In this document: piece by piece, positions 1 to 13,440 of the stretch
Numbering within the stretch: position 1 is the first letter of the stretch
Layout of the letters: each line of letters opens with the position of its first letter
Translations under genes and position numbers: made by a program
The notes under the pieces: model-generated
The model's input: the letters and a program-made list of their open reading frames with translations, nothing else
The model's database searches: none
What the model was told of the DNA's origin: nothing
Assembly: GCA_003971905.1 (NCBI GenBank)
Contig: RSEE01000009.1
Location: forward strand, 682,001-746,000
Direction of reading: 5' to 3'
DNA: 64,000 nt
From: Moniliella sp. 'wahieum'
Lineage: Eukaryota

Positions 1-3000
1 CAACCCGGCAACGCTGGCCAACCCACGGCCGCTGAGCGGCTGTTGGCAGCCTACCGTGCAGGCCTTCCTTTGCCTTCGGATTCTGTTCATTCGCTCGTGT
101 CTTCCACCCCTGGCGTCACACATCTGCCGTTGCTGCGGCGATCGCGGACCATGCCCAACTGGACAACTCAGACGCACAAGTGATGCAGTCTGCCTTTGAG
201 GATTCCTCCTCCATCGCCTCGGATGCTCTGACAGATGTAGTGGGAGCTGCCTCGGTGCACGGCCAAGGGCTTGGCTTTTGTGGTCCTGCGGGGGCATGGA
301 AGCAATCACTTCTCATGAACTTGTGCAAGCCCGCGCCCCCCGCTCAGCCCCCGCGTTCTCGTTCTCGCTTGGGCCTGCGCCCACGCCCAGCCTCCGCGTT
401 GGGGATCAGGGCCGAGAAGAACTTGGAAAACACGAGTTCGGACGCCAAGGCAGGCAAGGCGAAGCTGTCCTCTTTGGCAGGGCTACGCAAATACCGGAAC
501 AAGGGACCTCCTCCGTCGGCATCAGCCGCAGTTGCTGCTGCTGCGGTAGGAACCCCCTCCGCTTCCATGTTTGCTGCAGCCACGGGCAATGTGGCACCAA
601 CGGAGGCGTCTTCCGGACGCAAAATCGGACGTCGCCGGTCGTACTCCGCAGGGATCCTGGATATTGTTCGCCGCCCTGGGTCAGCAACTGGTTCTCGTCC
701 CACCTCAACAGCGCAGCCGGGCGAAGAGGTGGCTGGCAACGCGTCTCGCCCGCCGTCGCGGTCGGGATCGCGTCTGTCTAAGGTCGCTTCCTTGGTTGGG
801 TCTCGGCGACTGTCGCATGCCGCAAACCCCATCAGCTACCCCTCGGCCAATGTGGCGCACCCTGTCTCCGTCAGCTCCCATCTGGCGGCTTCGGCCGCCT
901 CGCAGGCGGCGGCGTCCGTGCATTCTGGTCGGGATGCTTCGGCTGCCACCTCGGCCGTTATGGATCCGTTCCCTTCTTCGTCGGACTGCTTGCCTCATGA
1001 AGACGATTCTGGGGTCGCGTCGAGCCGGAGATGGTCCCAGCTGACGAACCGGAGACAGGGACAGGTTCGAGTTCGTCTCAGATCCATCTCTCTCCGCGGA
1101 AGCGGTCAGGGAACCTTCCCCCATCACCTGTCGGTAGACAGTTTCCTGGTGTCTACCCTCTTCCGAGCATGACCCACCCCGATTCGCCTACCGTCCCCAG
1201 CTCGCTCGCGATGGCCTCAAGCACAGAGCGTCGCCCCGATTCCCCGACGGCTATGGCGACGCCTACGCCTCTCAGTCCCGTGCCGTCGTCGCGCTTGGGT
1301 CTGCAGGAGTCTGCGGTCTAGCAACGGGTACAGCAGTGCGCTTGAACCCACCTATTCCCTCGAGCCTCGGAACCAGCCCTTGTCCTATTCGACGCGGTGC
1401 CCTACGGCCCGACCACATTACCAATGCCGCGTCCCTTGTTCCGCCGCCGGATACGCTGTCTGGGCTGTCGCCGCGCCCGCGCAAGTTGAACACCGCGGGC
1501 CAGTCAGCCACCAGCTCGCTGGAGAGCGCTGGTTCTTCGGGTGGCGCCTCGGTTTCGGAGTCGGTGCCATCTCAGGAACAGACGAGCCCAGCCGACCGTC
1601 CGAGAAGCACTCGTGCTTCCATTGGCTCGGCCCCGCTGCTGTTGTGGCGCCGCGTTGGCGAGCGAGGTGGCAGCCTGGTGAGTCCACCACCTCGTCCCGC
1701 CACGGCCCCCGCTCTTCCCCTACGAGGGGTACGGTCAGCACAACGACCAGGTGGAGGAGCTGACTCCTGCGGCGCTACGGTTGCTAGAGGAAGTGTCCTC
1801 AAAGATCGTAGTTCGAGTTTGGCCTCCAGCCTCGCTTCTGCCGCGCTGGCCCGTCCTGGCAGCCAAGCGTCCGACGGCTCCGTCAGCGTGGTCCTATGCC
1901 TTGCGGATGCACCACAGCCATGATGGCCTTCCGGCCGTCTCGTCGCCGCTTGCCTCGTCCGAATCACGCCGTAGTTTGTCAGGGAGCCAGTCACGCCCCC
2001 GCAGCCGTGCCTTGGCTCTTACGGCGCCGCAGGCATCGTTTGCGCCTCGCACCACTTCCTTTGCATCATTTGATCAGAGATCCTCAACTCGGCCGCCAAC
2101 TCGGAGGCAGAGGTTGGCCCATCTACTGCACCCTCGAGCGCAATGCTCGCAACCCGTCCGCAGCCGTGACTCGTTCTTCTACCCCGCCGCTCTTGCTGCG
2201 CAGCTGTCGCCTCTAGCTCTTCTGTCCGTCTCTCGTCTCGGCAACACCACTCCTCCCTTCCTTCTTCGATCCGTGATTCGGGGAGGAAGAATTCGACCTA
2301 CGGGTCCTCGGAAGGGCGGGAGATCAGGTGCCCACGACGCCAGACGCCTTTTCTTCGCACCGTTCCTCTCTCATGTCCGGCTCGACGGACTGGGAAGTGG
2401 CGCTGTCGGACCCAGAAGCGGACGAAGAGTTGGTGCGGGAAGAGGAGCTGACCTCGCGCTCTTCCACCCCCCTGGCCTCTGGTTCAGCCTCAACGGGTGT
2501 GCCCCCCAGCCCATCCGGCTCAATGGGCTCCTTTGCTGCGGGTGCCTTCCGCTGGGATCCCTTGTGGAACAGCGCCGAGATGGGGGCGTCGTTGGCGGGT
2601 TCGGTGACTGGGTCGCTCCCTGGCATTCGCGCGTCATCTCGACCGACGATGGAGGGTGTGGTTTCAGTGGAAGGTATGGAGGGCGTTGTGTCTCTCGAAG
2701 GGGTGGAAGACGCGGAAGTCAGCACTGGTCCCCAGAGTCGGTGGAGGGGGAAACAACGGTTGTTCCGATGGAAGTTGACATGGTACGTGGTCCTCTCTTG
2801 TTTGGCTTTGGGCGGGAAGGTGTGCATTCGACAGCTAACTTGATGATGAACGTGCAGCCTTCTGCAACTGGGTTCTACAACTTGGCTGCCCCTTCACGCT
2901 CGATGGGTAACTTGTCGGCTGTCACGGCTGAGCGACCCCACGCGTGTCCTCAGCCGGGCGGGAACGGCCTGGTCGGAGGAGGACTCGGCGCCTGGCTCGC

Positions 3001-5067
3001 CCCGCTGTGTCCCCCTCGCCGTTTTATTCGGCCGAGAGCCTTTCGCGTTTCTCGTCTCCGGCACTCACACCGCGTTGGGCGCATGCCGCATTGCGTGCGT
3101 CCTCCTCCAGCTCCAACCCCCCTCGGCCCCAATTCAACTCAAGTCCCACCCGTCCCTTTGTGGCGGATGGTGTCCAAGCACGGGTGACGCCTAGACGGTC
3201 CATGCCCATCTTGGGCCGTTCCTCCACCTTGAACGGGGACCCATGCCGGCCGTAGCTGAGGTCTCTTCCACGTTGGCTCGCCCTTGAGCTCTGGGTCCCA
3301 CATTGCTCCCGCAACCCCGCCCCGCTCCTCTCTTCATAGCCACGTTCGTGCCTCTAGCGAGGGCAGTGCCTCTGTTCGCTGAAGCGCAGCAAGACCCGGT
3401 ACGCGGTCCATTGCGTTCGCTCCTAGCAGAAGCTGCGCCGGTCACCGTCCCCGCCTGGTCAACGAGCCGCCACGCGCCTCGGTGACCAAACGACCTGCGA
3501 CCGACATGGCGGGTCGTCGACCCATGCTTCTCCCCCTCACACTTTCGTCACGCGCAACCAGCCCGGCAGGTGCATCCGGGCGCGCTTCCTCTGCTGCCCT
3601 AGCCCGTGCTCTTCGTCGCTTTCTACGACGGCCAGTGCCGGGGAGCAGGCAGGGGCAATGGAGATCCGGCGGCGGCAAGCCCAGTCGGCGTTGGACCAGC
3701 GCTCGTTGGACGCTATGATGTCCCGTCCCTTGTCAGGGACACGGATGCGCTCGCCGTTGCCTGCATGGGGCACGTCGGGGGCGGCGGGACGCGCGTCGCG
3801 GGCTTCCTTGCCGCCGTCGGCACGGACTGCCTCGCGCGCTTCCAGCACCGAAGACGAGGTGGACATGCTGGCATTGCGCATGGCCGAGTGGTACGGGACG
3901 GGCGCGTATGTGTTCCAGCAGCGGCAGACGCAGCAAGGCCGCCGCCCGACCCGATCCGGTCGGGCTACCTTGACGTACCATCATTCGGCTGAGCCCGAGT
4001 CGGGCGTATCGGGTGGTCACGGGAGCGCCGTGGGCCGCGCACGCGGCTACCAATCCGACCAGGGCGCCGGCGCGCCCACGGATGCGGCGCTGTGGTCCGG
4101 TCCGTTAGGCAAGCGGTATTCCTTGCAGCAGGCCCCTCCGTCCACCGCCACCGCCCATGGCCGTCGCTGGTCCTCCGCCATGGGGCACGGGACGACAGGG
4201 ACAACGCTGCTGGGTTCGGCTGCGGGCGAGAAGGTTCCAGTGGGCAATGCGTTCTCCCATGCATCCAACGCGGCTGCCCGGCGCGCCTCGCTGCTCCCGC
4301 CGCGTGCCCGCAGTGCTACGCCCGCCAGCCGGGCTATGGATCGCGCGAGTATGTCGTCGGCGGGAAGTGCGCATGGAGGCCTGCTTCCCCTCACGCTCGT
4401 CCAAAGTACCGCCCCGCTGCAGCAGGCGCTGAGCCAGACTTTACTTGCCCACAATGCGCGGCGACACCGTATGAGTCTTTCGTTGCCTCCGTCGGCTGTT
4501 GCTTGCTGCGGCGGTCTCTGGTAGCGCCACACGCACTATCTCGACCCTCTCTCCCACGCCGGTGGTGTTGAGTGAGTCGGAGGCCTTCACCACCACACCG
4601 GCCACGACGCCTACGCAGTCCATGCGTGCCACTTCGGGCCCCATGACCGGCCATGGCTCGATGGGCTCTCTGGCTTCGCTTACCAGCCCCTCCCCTACCC
4701 CAGCCGCCCCGGGAGGCAACCTTTCTCCGATCAACACCACCACCCTTCCTTGCCCCACGCCCGGATCGGCAACATCTGCCACGCGCGTGTCTGCCCCTCC
4801 GTCCGCCTGGCGCGCGCTGAGAGACAACGAACCAAGCAAGGTGTCTACCTCTCCCTGCCTCCTTCTCTCGGGGTATCCGAAGCCAAGGAGGATACGGAAA
4901 CGGTGGCCGCATCTTCTGGGAAACCTTCGCCCTTGATCCCCTCTACGCCGTCCAACCCGGCGCTTGCTGCGGAGCAAGTGGCCGCCTCGGCCTCGGCCGC
5001 TGTCTTCCGCCGTCGGGCGGAGCGACAAGTCCGCCGTGCCTCGTTGCCCTACATTCCTTCCCTGTGA
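1..5067 (+). CDS. Large Ser/Ala/Pro-rich hypothetical protein, 5'-truncated by the window and broken by frameshifts
   Basis: Chain of overlapping + strand ORFs of similar low-complexity composition (180..1172, 1336..1923, 2328..2843, 3658..4524, 4499..4936, 4750..5067). It is followed by pyrimidine-rich 3' UTR-like sequence. No recognisable domain. Confidence 0.5.
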
Positions 5068-6234
5068 TGATCATCCCATTATATCCCCCCACCCTCCAAT
5101 CCTTTTGGGAGCCTGCCCTTTGTGCCTGTGCTGCCCGCTGCGTACCCATCTTGACTGCCACTTTGCTTCCTTCTTTGTCGGCGCTTCCGGGCTGCCCCCA
5201 ACGCCATCTTCCTTTCTTTTCCCCCTTCCCCCACCGTGCACGGACAGTGGGGGGGGGGGATGTGTGTGTGGTTGGGCGGCCCGGGTGCCATCTGTATATC
5301 TTTTCTTCATCTCCCACCTGCCTGCTGCCTCTTTCCCTTTGCCACCCGGAACTGCGTCCTTCCTCCTCTTCCCCATCTACCCACCAACTCACCCTTGTAT
5401 TTACCTGTGCCTCACCTTCGCTATCTTATCCCGGAACCATTCCAGTGGGCAAGGTAGATGCCGGTATAGATGGAATCGTAGACAAAAAAAGGGTACGCCA
5501 GTGAGTACCCCGGTTACCCACCTGGGCTGAAAAAGGGTACATGGACACTGCGCGGAGAGAGCCAAGGTCGCATTCTCCCTCCCCGCCAGAGAAGATCTAG
5601 TCACTCAGTCTTTGATGAGATCCAGAGTCCTGATGATGGTCGGTGGTCTAAGCGAACCAGCAACGCCTACATAGGAAAATCTAGCAGCCCGTCGCCACCG
5701 GAGTCTAGGCTGCGGAACAAAGAAAACAGAAGCGAGAAAACAACGGAACTCCTAATATGGCCTGGGGAGAGACTGAAGGGACGTTGACCACTACGAGCCA
5801 CCGGCGGCGGCTCAACATTTTTCGCTTGGAAAAGGGAAGTGATGCAGCTAGTGATGTGGGGTTGGGCTCTTCTTCATTCCCAGCATTGGCCCAAATGAAC
5901 GTCGAGCAAGCGTCCCGATCCCAGGGCTGCACCCCCTATCCAAAGAGACACACGACGGCCCAAAAATAGAAAGAAATGAGATTGGCAGTAGAAACAAAGT
6001 GGCTTATGGAAAGATCACATGCAGTTCGTGTCGAATGGTGGGATGGGATTGTAGGGGAAGAAAGGGAAAATGGCAAAACGGTGCACTAAGGGGAGGGAAG
6101 AAGGAAGCAAATGGGATACAATGTATGACAGCTAGGCTAGATGGGAGCAAGGAGAAGGCATGAGAAACGGAGTGGAGGGGGACGGTTAGAGGCAGAGGGT
6201 GAAGGGGCAACACAGGATAGAAGAGCTCAAAAGG

Positions 6235-8306
6235 TCATGGCACATGGGCGGCAAAAGTTGGTACTTGGTCTTTGCCAGGTAGGCCCGACTCGACCCTTGC
6301 CCCAAAGGGGGAAGAAAGAAGAAGAAGAATAGCTTCAGCGGGATTGGGAAGGATGAGGATGGGCTGCTGCGGCTGCCCTGGCCTCCGCAACGGCCGACGG
6401 GCCATCGAGGGAAAAGCGCGGGTGGGAGGAGATAGAGCGGCGGAAGGGTCGGGGGCAGAAGGAAGTAACGGGGACGTTTCAGCGTTGCCTCCCGCGCCCA
6501 CGCGCGGCTCGGCGGCGTCCTCCTCATCGTCGGACGACTCTTGCGGGATGTGGGAGGTAATGTCGTCGCCAAACACGACACCCATTTCTTCAATCGGGAC
6601 GCCAGCGGTTTCAGGGTAAAAAATGTAGACGGTCAAGACTGCGATGAGGCAAAAGAGGCCGTGCATGGGGTACAAGCCATGTGATGAGGTCTTGAAGGAT
6701 CGGTGTCGTTTCTCCCACGTAATAGTTGCTGAGAAAGTTGACCGCTGTTGAGAGAGAGCGCCCTTGGCGCGAAAGGTGAGCGGCATAATCTCCGGAGGCA
6801 ACAGCCAAGGGACGGGGCCAAAGGAGGCCCCAAAGGAGAACGTGTAGCAAATCACCGACACAACGGTCAACTGAGGCGAGAAGGGAAGATCAAGCCAAAG
6901 GAAAAGTCCCGTGAGCATAAGGAAGAGGGCCTCGAGCAGACCACCATAGATTAAGATGGGACGGCGGCCCCAGCTGTCGATCAAAAACCACACGGGGATC
7001 GTTGAGCTGACATAAAGGCAAGCGTTGAGCCCAGTCATGAGCACAGCTGTAATAGAAACAGGTTAGTCCAATGACGGGTATCGATATGATCACATGACGT
7101 ACCGTCTCTTCCTTCCCACCCTGCCCGTTCAAACAAGCGGGGGGCATAAAAGCTGACCACGTTAATCCCATTCATCTGTTGTTCCCGCAAAGTGAGGAGG
7201 GTGGTGTCAGTAGACAAAGTGCCGAATGGGATGGTCACAAAACACAAACCTGAGCAAAGAATTGGCTGCTGCAGGCTACGAGGACGCGGTAACGGTACCG
7301 CTTCCACATAGCCCGGTACGAGCGGTCGCCTTGTTCACGGAGGAAGAGGACATTTTCTTGATTTCACGGTACTCGAGTCTGTGGGTGAGATGAGACGGGT
7401 GGTCAGTTTGTTGTCGCACCCCTGGCTCTCCTCGAGCGGCCAGAAATGACCGCTAAAGGGTCCGGAAGGGAACGTACTTGGCGCGTTTGTTGTGTAAATC
7501 CGTCTTGTCACTGTGAAGTTCGACTAGAACGCGCATGGCGTCCAAGTCGCGGTCCTTGTCGAGCAAGTAACGAGGCGACTCGGGCAGCACCAACGTTCCC
7601 ACGGCCAAGATGCAACCTACAATGACCTGGATGCTAAGCGGGAACCTCCAAGATACATCGCCCGCCATGAAACTTGCGCCGTACCCGATCCAGACACTGA
7701 GGGCATAACCGGTGATATTGAGTGTACTCTATCGAGGCCAGGTAGCCACGATGCTCGCGACAGAGATCTCGCTTTGGTACATGGGCACGACCATGGTGAG
7801 GAATCCGACGCCAAAGCCGGCGATGGCACGGCCAGCGGTGAGCATGAACAAGTTGAGAGACGCAGTCTGAAGAAGGCCCCCCAAACTGAAAAGAACGGCG
7901 CCCAAAAAATGGTCGCCTTGCGGCCGATGCGATCGGCGAGGGTGCCAGCTAGGAGGGCAGTGAAGAGAGCGCGAGGTCGAGAATGGCCACCACGGTCCCG
8001 ATCTGGGCAGCGGTGGGGTGGTGAAAGTACAGGAGGAAGGCGGGATGGACAATGGGCTGGACATGACGCCCTGGTCGTAGCCAAAGGCAGGACACCGAGC
8101 GAGGCAAAGATGGTGACGGCCATGAGGGGGCGCCGCAGAGGCCGAGGCGGGCCATGAGGGAGGGGGGGCGGCGGTGGGGGGGAGAAGGGGGCATGGATGT
8201 GGTGCGAGGCGGCGGAGGCGGTGGAGGCGGTGCGGCGGCGGGCGGTGCTGCTGGAGGCGACAGGGACGCTGCCATAGTCGAGGGGGACAGGGGGGGCGGA
8301 GGGCAT
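6235..8306 (-). CDS. MFS sugar porter family transporter (multi-exon, frameshifted)
   Basis: Sugar-porter motifs in order: LADRIGRK, GRAIAGFGVG..VPMYQSEIS, SWRFPLSIQ, LPESPRYL, QQMNGINVVSFYAP, IDSWGRRP, GPVPWLLPPEIMP, YPETAG. ATG at 8306 (MPSAPPVPLDYG). 3' end approximate. Confidence 0.92.
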
Positions 8307-8957
8307 GGGGACGATGGTGGTGGCGGACGGATGGAGGGGGGGGCGGCTGGGAGAGAAGAGGCGGGCAGGGGGCGCAGGACAGGCGGCCGAGGGGAGGCGC
8401 GGGCGCTGCTGGAACGACGCCGACGGGTGTGGCGGAGACGCCCTCGGCGTCCGTGCCCGCAACAAGTACGCCCTGCCGCAGTTTAGCCCTGCCCGTCAGC
8501 GCCCCGTCATTTAACCCAGCACGTGACCGTGCCCTGCCATGAAATGTTCAGCGCAGCACCCAACCCTAGCCGCCGCCCATTTGTAATCGTCGTCTGGCCG
8601 CCGCCCAGCCGAGCCTGCCCGTCCGCCAGCACCCACCACCACCCACCTCCCTTCGTCTCTTCCTCTGCGCACAATGGCTGTGAGTGCGCGCGTTCTTGTG
8701 CCTTCGCGCACGGCCCTCGTACTGACTCTCCTTCTCCACAGTCTGGCTGGGGCTACAACGGCCGTACGTATCTCTGCGTGGAAGCTACGCGGACAGACCA
8801 GGTCGATGGCCATGGCTTGTCCCTCTCCTGCCAACGCCCATGGCCGGCCCCCGTCCTTCTCCCGCGTTTGCTCACGGACCTACTAACCTTGCCTCGCCTG
8901 TTTTTCTTCACGCCAGCTCCGGGTCGCTGCTACTACTTCTCTCCAGCAGTTCCAGCA

Positions 8958-9182
8958 ATGCTACCTGGTCTCGGACAACCCTCAAGCTTGCCGCCCGCAG
9001 GTGGAGGACTACAACGAGTGTCTCACCACCGCAAGGCCATTGCGCGTGAGCAGCAACTGCTGGCCCAAACGCAGGTCTACCAGGCCACTCACATGGCCGA
9101 CACGCGTGAGGAAAAGAACAAGAAACATTTTGCCGACTTGGAGTGGATACGTTCCTTCCAGCATCGTACCCCGATGGCCTAG
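8958..9182 (+). CDS. Small hypothetical protein (possibly first exon)
   Basis: ATG-initiated, protein-like charged segment (HHRKAIAREQQLLAQTQVYQATHMADTREEKNKKHFADLEW), divergent from the transporter. No family recognised. Confidence 0.3.
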   Translation: MLPGLGQPSSLPPAGGGLQRVSHHRKAIAREQQLLAQTQVYQATHMADTREEKNKKHFADLEWIRSFQHRTPMA

Positions 9183-9781
9183 TCGCCTACCCCATGCGTG
9201 TCTCCTTTTCCCTTCTCTTCGTCCTCCTTGTCTTGCTGTGCCGCTCTGTCTCTCCACGGGCGCTCCTGTGAGTAGTGCCCTGACCTGAGCACTCGGCATG
9301 TGCATTGGCTCTCCATCGCGTGGGTCAGCGACTGCCCCCCACTTGCTGCAGACCAGACGGGAGGAACGAGCGGGCGTTCCCAGACAATCGGACCATTGCA
9401 TGTTCGTTAGGCTGCTCTCAGCCGCGCGCACCATAGAATTGCGAGAAATAGAGTCACCATTTCCAGCCCGCCAACATTGAAGGCCGCGCACTTTTGCTTG
9501 TGAGCTATTAGGGGAAGGCCAATGCCAAGTGCAGTGCTCGTCTCGCGTGCTACGTTCAGATTCAGATCAGGCCCGTAGGTTCCATGTGAAATCCAGAATC
9601 AGGCCACACCGAGTCCGGCAAGGGGGAACCATGTCGCTGGTATGGAGGTGCGCAGGACAGGGACGGTGCTTGTTCTACTTTGGCCAACTACGGAGGCAGA
9701 CATGGTTCATTCTTCGCATCAGATGCAGTTCCAATCAGTCTCCGACCCAGAGACTGAAAGAGGTGCAGGCATAGAACCAAT

Positions 9782-10397
9782 TTACTTGCGCTGGGACTGG
9801 GGCTGGGGCTTGGGCAGACCATCGTAGAAGCGAGTGCGGTCCTCCGAGTGCAACGACGAAAACACACCACGTGCGGCCGGGGCAAACGACTCGACCGACT
9901 TGCGGATCTTGCGCACCTTTTCTCCCGACGACTGCAGCACCATATCCATCTTTCCTCAATCTCATGCGGGCGTTTGCCCTTACGCTAACGACCTTGGTGT
10001 TGCCGTTGGCTGGGGCGCGCAACAGGGCGTGTCAGTAACGAGGAGGGGCGGAGGCCAACATGGCGAAAAGGCGGGCCCGCCAAGCGGGGGAAGGAAGCAC
10101 GGTAGGGAGGGGGGGAAGGAGGCACATACTGTAAAACCCGCGGATGATGGGGTGGTCGGTCGGCCTGTCCTGGACGACAAACTCGACAAACGGGTAGCGC
10201 TTGGCCAGCTGGACAAGCCCGAGGCGATGAAGAACGAAGTGGCGCATGCCCTCGTGCGAAGCGAGGGCGTGGTTCACCTCCACCACCACCTTGCGCACCG
10301 GCATGAGGTAGGAGCCCTGGGGCCCACCGAGGGAGCGGGAGGCCCGGCTGATGAGCAGCTTGTCCGCACTTCGTGCCAACAGTAGGGGCCGCGGCAT
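9782..10397 (-). CDS. MRPL51: Mitochondrial large-subunit ribosomal protein mL43 (MRPL51/L43 family)
   Basis: YLMPVRKVVVEVNHALASHEGMRHFV...YPFVEFVVQDRPTDHPIIRGFY, then intron 10010-10129 (GTATGT..CAG), then TNGNTKVVSV. Restoring two A-run indels gives ...LQSSGEKVRKIRKSVESFAPAARGVFSSLH...stop at 9782. Confidence 0.85.
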
Positions 10398-11175
10398 GGT
10401 CGTCAACAGGCGCGCAGTCGTTGTACGGACCGAGCTGGCGCAGAAGGCAGACGAGAGCACAAGAAGTCGAGCGAGCGGAAGGTGGCGGCCACCCGCATTC
10501 CGCCCTTCCAACTCTTCTTCGGCTTTCAAACTGCAACTTTCAACCAAACGACTGAAAGGTCAAACTTACCCAGTCGGCTCGACTGCAGGCATCACGTGGG
10601 ACGGTCACACATCATGCATCACGCATGGCCTCCGGCTCAGGGCCTTACGCCAATGCCAAAACACCTCCTGGGATCAGATGCCCAGTATTGACTGCCACAC
10701 TTTTGTGCACCATCGTAGCTCTACCCAGAGTGTGCCACCACCTCCGTCTATGGCATACGGAGGGAGGAGCAAGAGTGCCTTCCACAAAGAGGTGAGGTCG
10801 CAATGCTTCGATCCAAGGCGCCTACAGCGAGTGTGGCACACGTACTATAATAACCGCCCCCGCCAGCTCGGCTCACAGCCCCCTCCCCCCCCGCGCCCTC
10901 GCCATTCTGGTTTTGTGCCAACCCGCACCGATATAAGTGCACGACAATGGATGAAAAGAGACAGAGGGAAATGAATGCATAAATGATTAATGATGAGGGA
11001 GGGATGACAACACAAAAACCGAGACCGTGTCCAACAAAACAGATGCGCATGACGCGCCGACCGGAATGAAACCGCCGCCAAAACCGTCTCCAACAAGAAT
11101 GATATACAACAGAACAGCTCCAAAAAGGAATAGAATCACCGCTTCCCCCAATCGCCCTGGTCCTCCCGTCAAGCT

Positions 11176-13440
11176 TCACCCGGGCTTGCGCCGCTGGAGG
11201 GCCAGAGAGACAGACGTCAACGTGCAGGGCCTGCGCAAAAGGGGGTCATCTTGTTCGCGCAGCTCCTGGACCCGAGTCAGCAAGTGGTCCCACAGCCGGT
11301 CCAACACCATCGTTGCGGTTCCCGGAGAGAAGCGGGCATGGATACGAAGCACGTGGCGCAAGTGCGCGTCGTAGACGGTTTTTACGAGTTCGACCAGCTC
11401 GGTGGCAAACGCGCCATCCGTCAGCATGCCATCGCGCAAGCCTGTCCAGGCTGGGTGGACGATCCGGGTGGCAGCATACTCCGAATTGGGCCACGGGGCC
11501 TGGTTCATCTCCATCGAAGATGACGGAGCCGAAAAGTCTTCCTCCATCTCTAGACCACAGGACCAGACTACGTCCCAGTCCTGCTGGGACGCCAGCAGGG
11601 CGGTACGACGAGTATGCTGGGACGAGCGTAAGTAAAGCGGACGGGCAAGCATGCGTCTGGCCACATCGGGGGGTGATAAGGGCGGTGGAGACGAGGCGCT
11701 GGATGCAAGGGGAAAGGAGCGTTGTCAGCGTCGCCCAAAATTCGTATGTATCTTCCTCATCACCGTCAGACTTTGGTGTGAGGATGGGGCGAACATGAGG
11801 TAGCTTAACAGTATCGCGGGGGGAGTGGAGGGAACGGATTGCTGGCGCGAGGGAAGAGAAGAGAAGAAGAAGAAGAAGATGGGCAGCAAGATAAGCAACC
11901 AACAACACGCCCCACTGGTAAACTCAGCTGCACGAGCGAGAGGAAGGAGCACAGTTCCTGGTCAGGCTGTGAGCCGGGTTCGGAACCGATGGGGAGGGAA
12001 CGGGGAAGGAGAGGAAGCGAAAGAGGGGGAAGAGGTGCGGGACCGGCATGCATAGTAGTCTCTTGACTCGGTCACCGGTGAGCTAAGATTCGTTGGCACT
12101 CTTCCGGCTGGGGTCGTGGCTTCAGTCGCTCCCACATTTCGGTATGGGGAAAAGGAGTTCCGCTGCTCCTGTTGCACTGAAGGGGACGTTAACGGATGCG
12201 GAGAGGGCAACCATACCGTTGAGGGAAAGCCACCGGAAAATGGAATGTCCGATAATTCACTGGGAGTGGTGGGGAAGGGGCTGGGGCCCCATGGTGCCGG
12301 CACATGAATAGCACGAGGATGGGCCCAATGGAGGTCCATCAGACAAAGACCGAATCGAACGGTTCCTGGCGGGACAACAGGTACGCCGAAGGGGCGAGTC
12401 GTGTAGGTTTCAAAGGTGTGGTCCACCAAGTGGGGGGAGGCCGACGTTGCTGTGATATCGTTGGTCTTGTTCATGGATGGTCATCACTTCACGAAAATCC
12501 CCGGGCATGTCCGTATGGGAAAGAAAAGAACGGTGCCGGAGGATCCAAATTTCCTTCGGAACTCATCTGGGCCCGATAGTTGGCCGAAAAGCGTGAAGAA
12601 AACGTGAAGGAGAGGACCTCCACGTGAGTGCAAAGCTCCATATTCGACGGCAGTGATCGTTTCCCCCGCCTCTGGCAGGGGAACATGATCCACAAGTGAA
12701 TCTAACACTTCTAGCACCTTCAGCCGCAGACCAGGGACAAAATGGCCTACCCCTCCTGCCCACGCTTGCGTCGTTTGATCCGGAGTGTATGAAAACAGTG
12801 TTGCGATCGGGGAAAGTGTGCAGAGGGACATGGGGACAGTTCTAGCACGAGGACGACTGCTCGTCGTTTGGGCACCAGTACGAGAAACGTTCGATAAAGC
12901 ATTTGATGGTGTGAGCCCTCAGAATGGCAATCAGAGGAGATGTCGATAGGGTCAAGCAGCGAACCTTGGGCCGAAGACGGACGGACTGGGGGCGTCCCAG
13001 TGCCAGCAGGGCAAGCAGAGAGTGGAGCCGATGCTGAGGAGGATGTATGGGTGTTGCGGGAGTGAGACGCCAGAGAGGAAGTTAGGCCGGCCAGGCGACA
13101 AGCTGTGGCCAAGGGCCGGGTGTTCAAGTCCGAGGAAGGCCACAGAATTAGCCCCGGATGGGGCATGGGGGCCGATGAGTAAAATAACGATGCAACCAAA
13201 GAGGTCGCATTAAGTGTATTAGGCTGTGAAGCGGCACCGCGCACATGGCCGCGTAACCGAGGCGGTTGGTACGCGAAATAGTCACTGTTACTTGTTGGTT
13301 GAGCGGCAGTGTTGCCATTTTCAACGGTGCTTGGAGCAGAAGGTGTTTGATCGTAGGCAGAAAAATAGGGACGAATGTATGACCAATGCTCCCGCCGGGA
13401 GTGTGTTGATGATTCCGGAAGAAGGTCGGGAAGGCCATCG
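11176..13440 (-). CDS. SABATH / Methyltransf_7-like SAM-dependent methyltransferase fold protein (divergent)
   Basis: Ordered SABATH-like motifs: TITAVEYGALHS (cf. IADLGCSSG), RPFGVPVVPPGTVRFGLCLMDLHW (cf. GSFYGRLFP.NS.HF..S..SLHW), FL.ARAAEFTSG (cf. FL..RA.EL..GG), LSPCIQRLVSTALIT (cf. L..LV.EGLI). Start position uncertain. Confidence 0.62.
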
